A stretch of 44,423 bases of DNA, from the IMG/VR virus record IMGVR_UViG_3300035016_000042; one strand, given 5' to 3'. The stretch comes from a virus (lineage: Duplodnaviria > Caudoviricetes). Within the stretch, counting starts at the first letter, position 1, and each line of letters begins with the position of its first letter. Position numbers and translations under genes: made by a program. Positions 42,987 to 44,423 of the stretch are shown here, piece by piece. The notes below the pieces were generated by a model. It ran no database searches. It was given only the letters and a program-made list of their open reading frames with translations, and was not told the origin of the DNA.

Positions 42987-44423
42987 ATGGCCAGATTGCC
43001 TGACGGTGAACTTTCAAGACATCCAGTCCACGGCTTTCGCGTAACTGTCGGTCGTAAGGTGGACGGGAAACCTCGCCTGTTCTGGCTCGGGAAGAACGAG
43101 GACTACGCACGGTTTGCTGCATGGACTTATCGAACTGGTTGGCAGCAAATGCAGGCTTGCGGAATCAAGCACTGGACCCCCGACATGGAGCAGCGGGTCA
43201 AGGAAACGATCGACTTTGCTCAGCGTGCTCTAAGAGACCGCATTCAAGACCATCAGGTCAGGGGTGAAATGATTGCCCCAGTACGAGGGATCGTCTTCCC
43301 AGGTACCACTGCTCATATACCGCCTGCTTCGCTGGTCGAGGAGAAGCCTGTACAACAGCAGCCCGCGAAGACGCTTTATCAAGCGATCGAAACCTACCTT
43401 CAGACGATCAAGGGCAAGCGTATCTCTGACGCCCACAAGTGGCGTGCGGAACAAGTCGTGGGCGTGACGCTCAAGCACGCGGTCCCTGACTGCCCCATGG
43501 AGCAAATTGACTTTGCTTGGCTCGACCGGCTCGCGGACCACTTCAAGTCGCGTCCCAAGTCCAGGAAGGGCAAGCGTAGAAATCGCAAACCGATCGGTCC
43601 CCAGACCGTCAAGACGAACCTCGCGTACATCCGCCAATTCTTTGTGTGGTGCGACGACGTGACCTTCGGGGGCTGGGAAGGTCCTAGGAAACTAACCAAA
43701 CCTTTCAGGGTCCGCCTCGACGACCTGCGCACACCCGCAGAACTTCGCCAGGCGAATACGATCGAGCAATTTGACCTACCGACACTTGTGAAGATCTACA
43801 GGGCCGCTAATGACTACCAGAAGGCGATCATGCTGACCGCACTGTTCACAGCCGGCACTCAACGAGAACTGGCCGTGCTTGAGAAGTCTGAGTTTGATCT
43901 GCAAGCAGGAGTGCTGCACCACTGGCGGAATAAAACTAAAATCGAGGGCCGTTTCTGGCTTCCACCGGAGTTAATCCTATTGCTAAAGGAGGAGTTCAAG
44001 AAGCACCGGAAGCGACCTTTGGCCTTCTACACGGCCCACGGATTCTCGCTTGTCACCTACCTGAACGGAAAACTCGTAAGCGACGCGGTACGACAAATGT
44101 GGGTCGACCTCCGAGTGAAGGCTCAGGTCCCTACCGCCCTCAGCTTTAAGTATCTGCGAAAGTTCGTCGCCGACTTCATGGTCCGTCATGGCGGTGAGGC
44201 AATCGGACAGATCGCGCTTAGCCACGCGCCCACCTCAATCCTGGCGAAAAATTATACGAGAGCTCGCGATTTCGGTGCATTTAACGAGCTACAACGCCAG
44301 ATGTACGCCGAGTTTACTTCAGCTGGGATGTTTGAAACGGACTTCAGGGATGACGTCGAGCGAATCCGCCACGCAGGCCGCATGACTTCAGAGCCGGCGA
44401 AAGACCTCATACATGAGAGTTAA
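42987..44423 (+). CDS. int: Tyrosine recombinase/integrase of a second element
   Basis: AAGGAG RBS, ATG 42987; RNKT, FKYLRK, LSH, NYT motifs; more AT-rich than the prophage; lies 3' of the tRNA. Confidence 0.85.
   Translation: MARLPDGELSRHPVHGFRVTVGRKVDGKPRLFWLGKNEDYARFAAWTYRTGWQQMQACGIKHWTPDMEQRVKETIDFAQRALRDRIQDHQVRGEMIAPVRGIVFPGTTAHIPPASLVEEKPVQQQPAKTLYQAIETYLQTIKGKRISDAHKWRAEQVVGVTLKHAVPDCPMEQIDFAWLDRLADHFKSRPKSRKGKRRNRKPIGPQTVKTNLAYIRQFFVWCDDVTFGGWEGPRKLTKPFRVRLDDLRTPAELRQANTIEQFDLPTLVKIYRAANDYQKAIMLTALFTAGTQRELAVLEKSEFDLQAGVLHHWRNKTKIEGRFWLPPELILLLKEEFKKHRKRPLAFYTAHGFSLVTYLNGKLVSDAVRQMWVDLRVKAQVPTALSFKYLRKFVADFMVRHGGEAIGQIALSHAPTSILAKNYTRARDFGAFNELQRQMYAEFTSAGMFETDFRDDVERIRHAGRMTSEPAKDLIHES

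Noticed and set aside
1-44423. CRISPR array, diversity-generating retroelement, IS element or rRNA
   Set aside because: No repeat-spacer array, reverse transcriptase, TR/VR pair, transposase or rRNA-like sequence was seen by eye

Overview
GC-rich temperate phage (prophage) with a lambda-like, non-contractile-tail architecture, probably in a Planctomycetota-like host (inferred only from the style of the pilin-like and integrase proteins). Left to right: a beta-helix protein gene; a lambda-type cos site; terminase subunits, head-tail adaptor and portal; an accessory block (ParB-N, ABC-ATPase/GNAT fusion, and an inverted amidoligase + glutamine amidotransferase + HTH cassette); S49 protease/scaffold, cement and major capsid; neck and tail genes with a -1 frameshifted tail chaperone and tape measure; tail-tip genes; an inverted membrane-protein + type IV pilin-like moron; a Bet/RecT-like cassette preceded by a candidate pseudoknotted RNA; a divergent switch apparently built from two ribbon-helix-helix proteins; an early operon ending in a cluster of tRNA-like RNAs, tRNA-fMet and an excisionase; and an integrase lying 5' of a tRNA-Arg(UCG). 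A second integrase 3' of that tRNA begins a separate element. No replication or lysis genes were recognised, so the prophage probably continues left of the window. All calls are from motif reading, not database searches.
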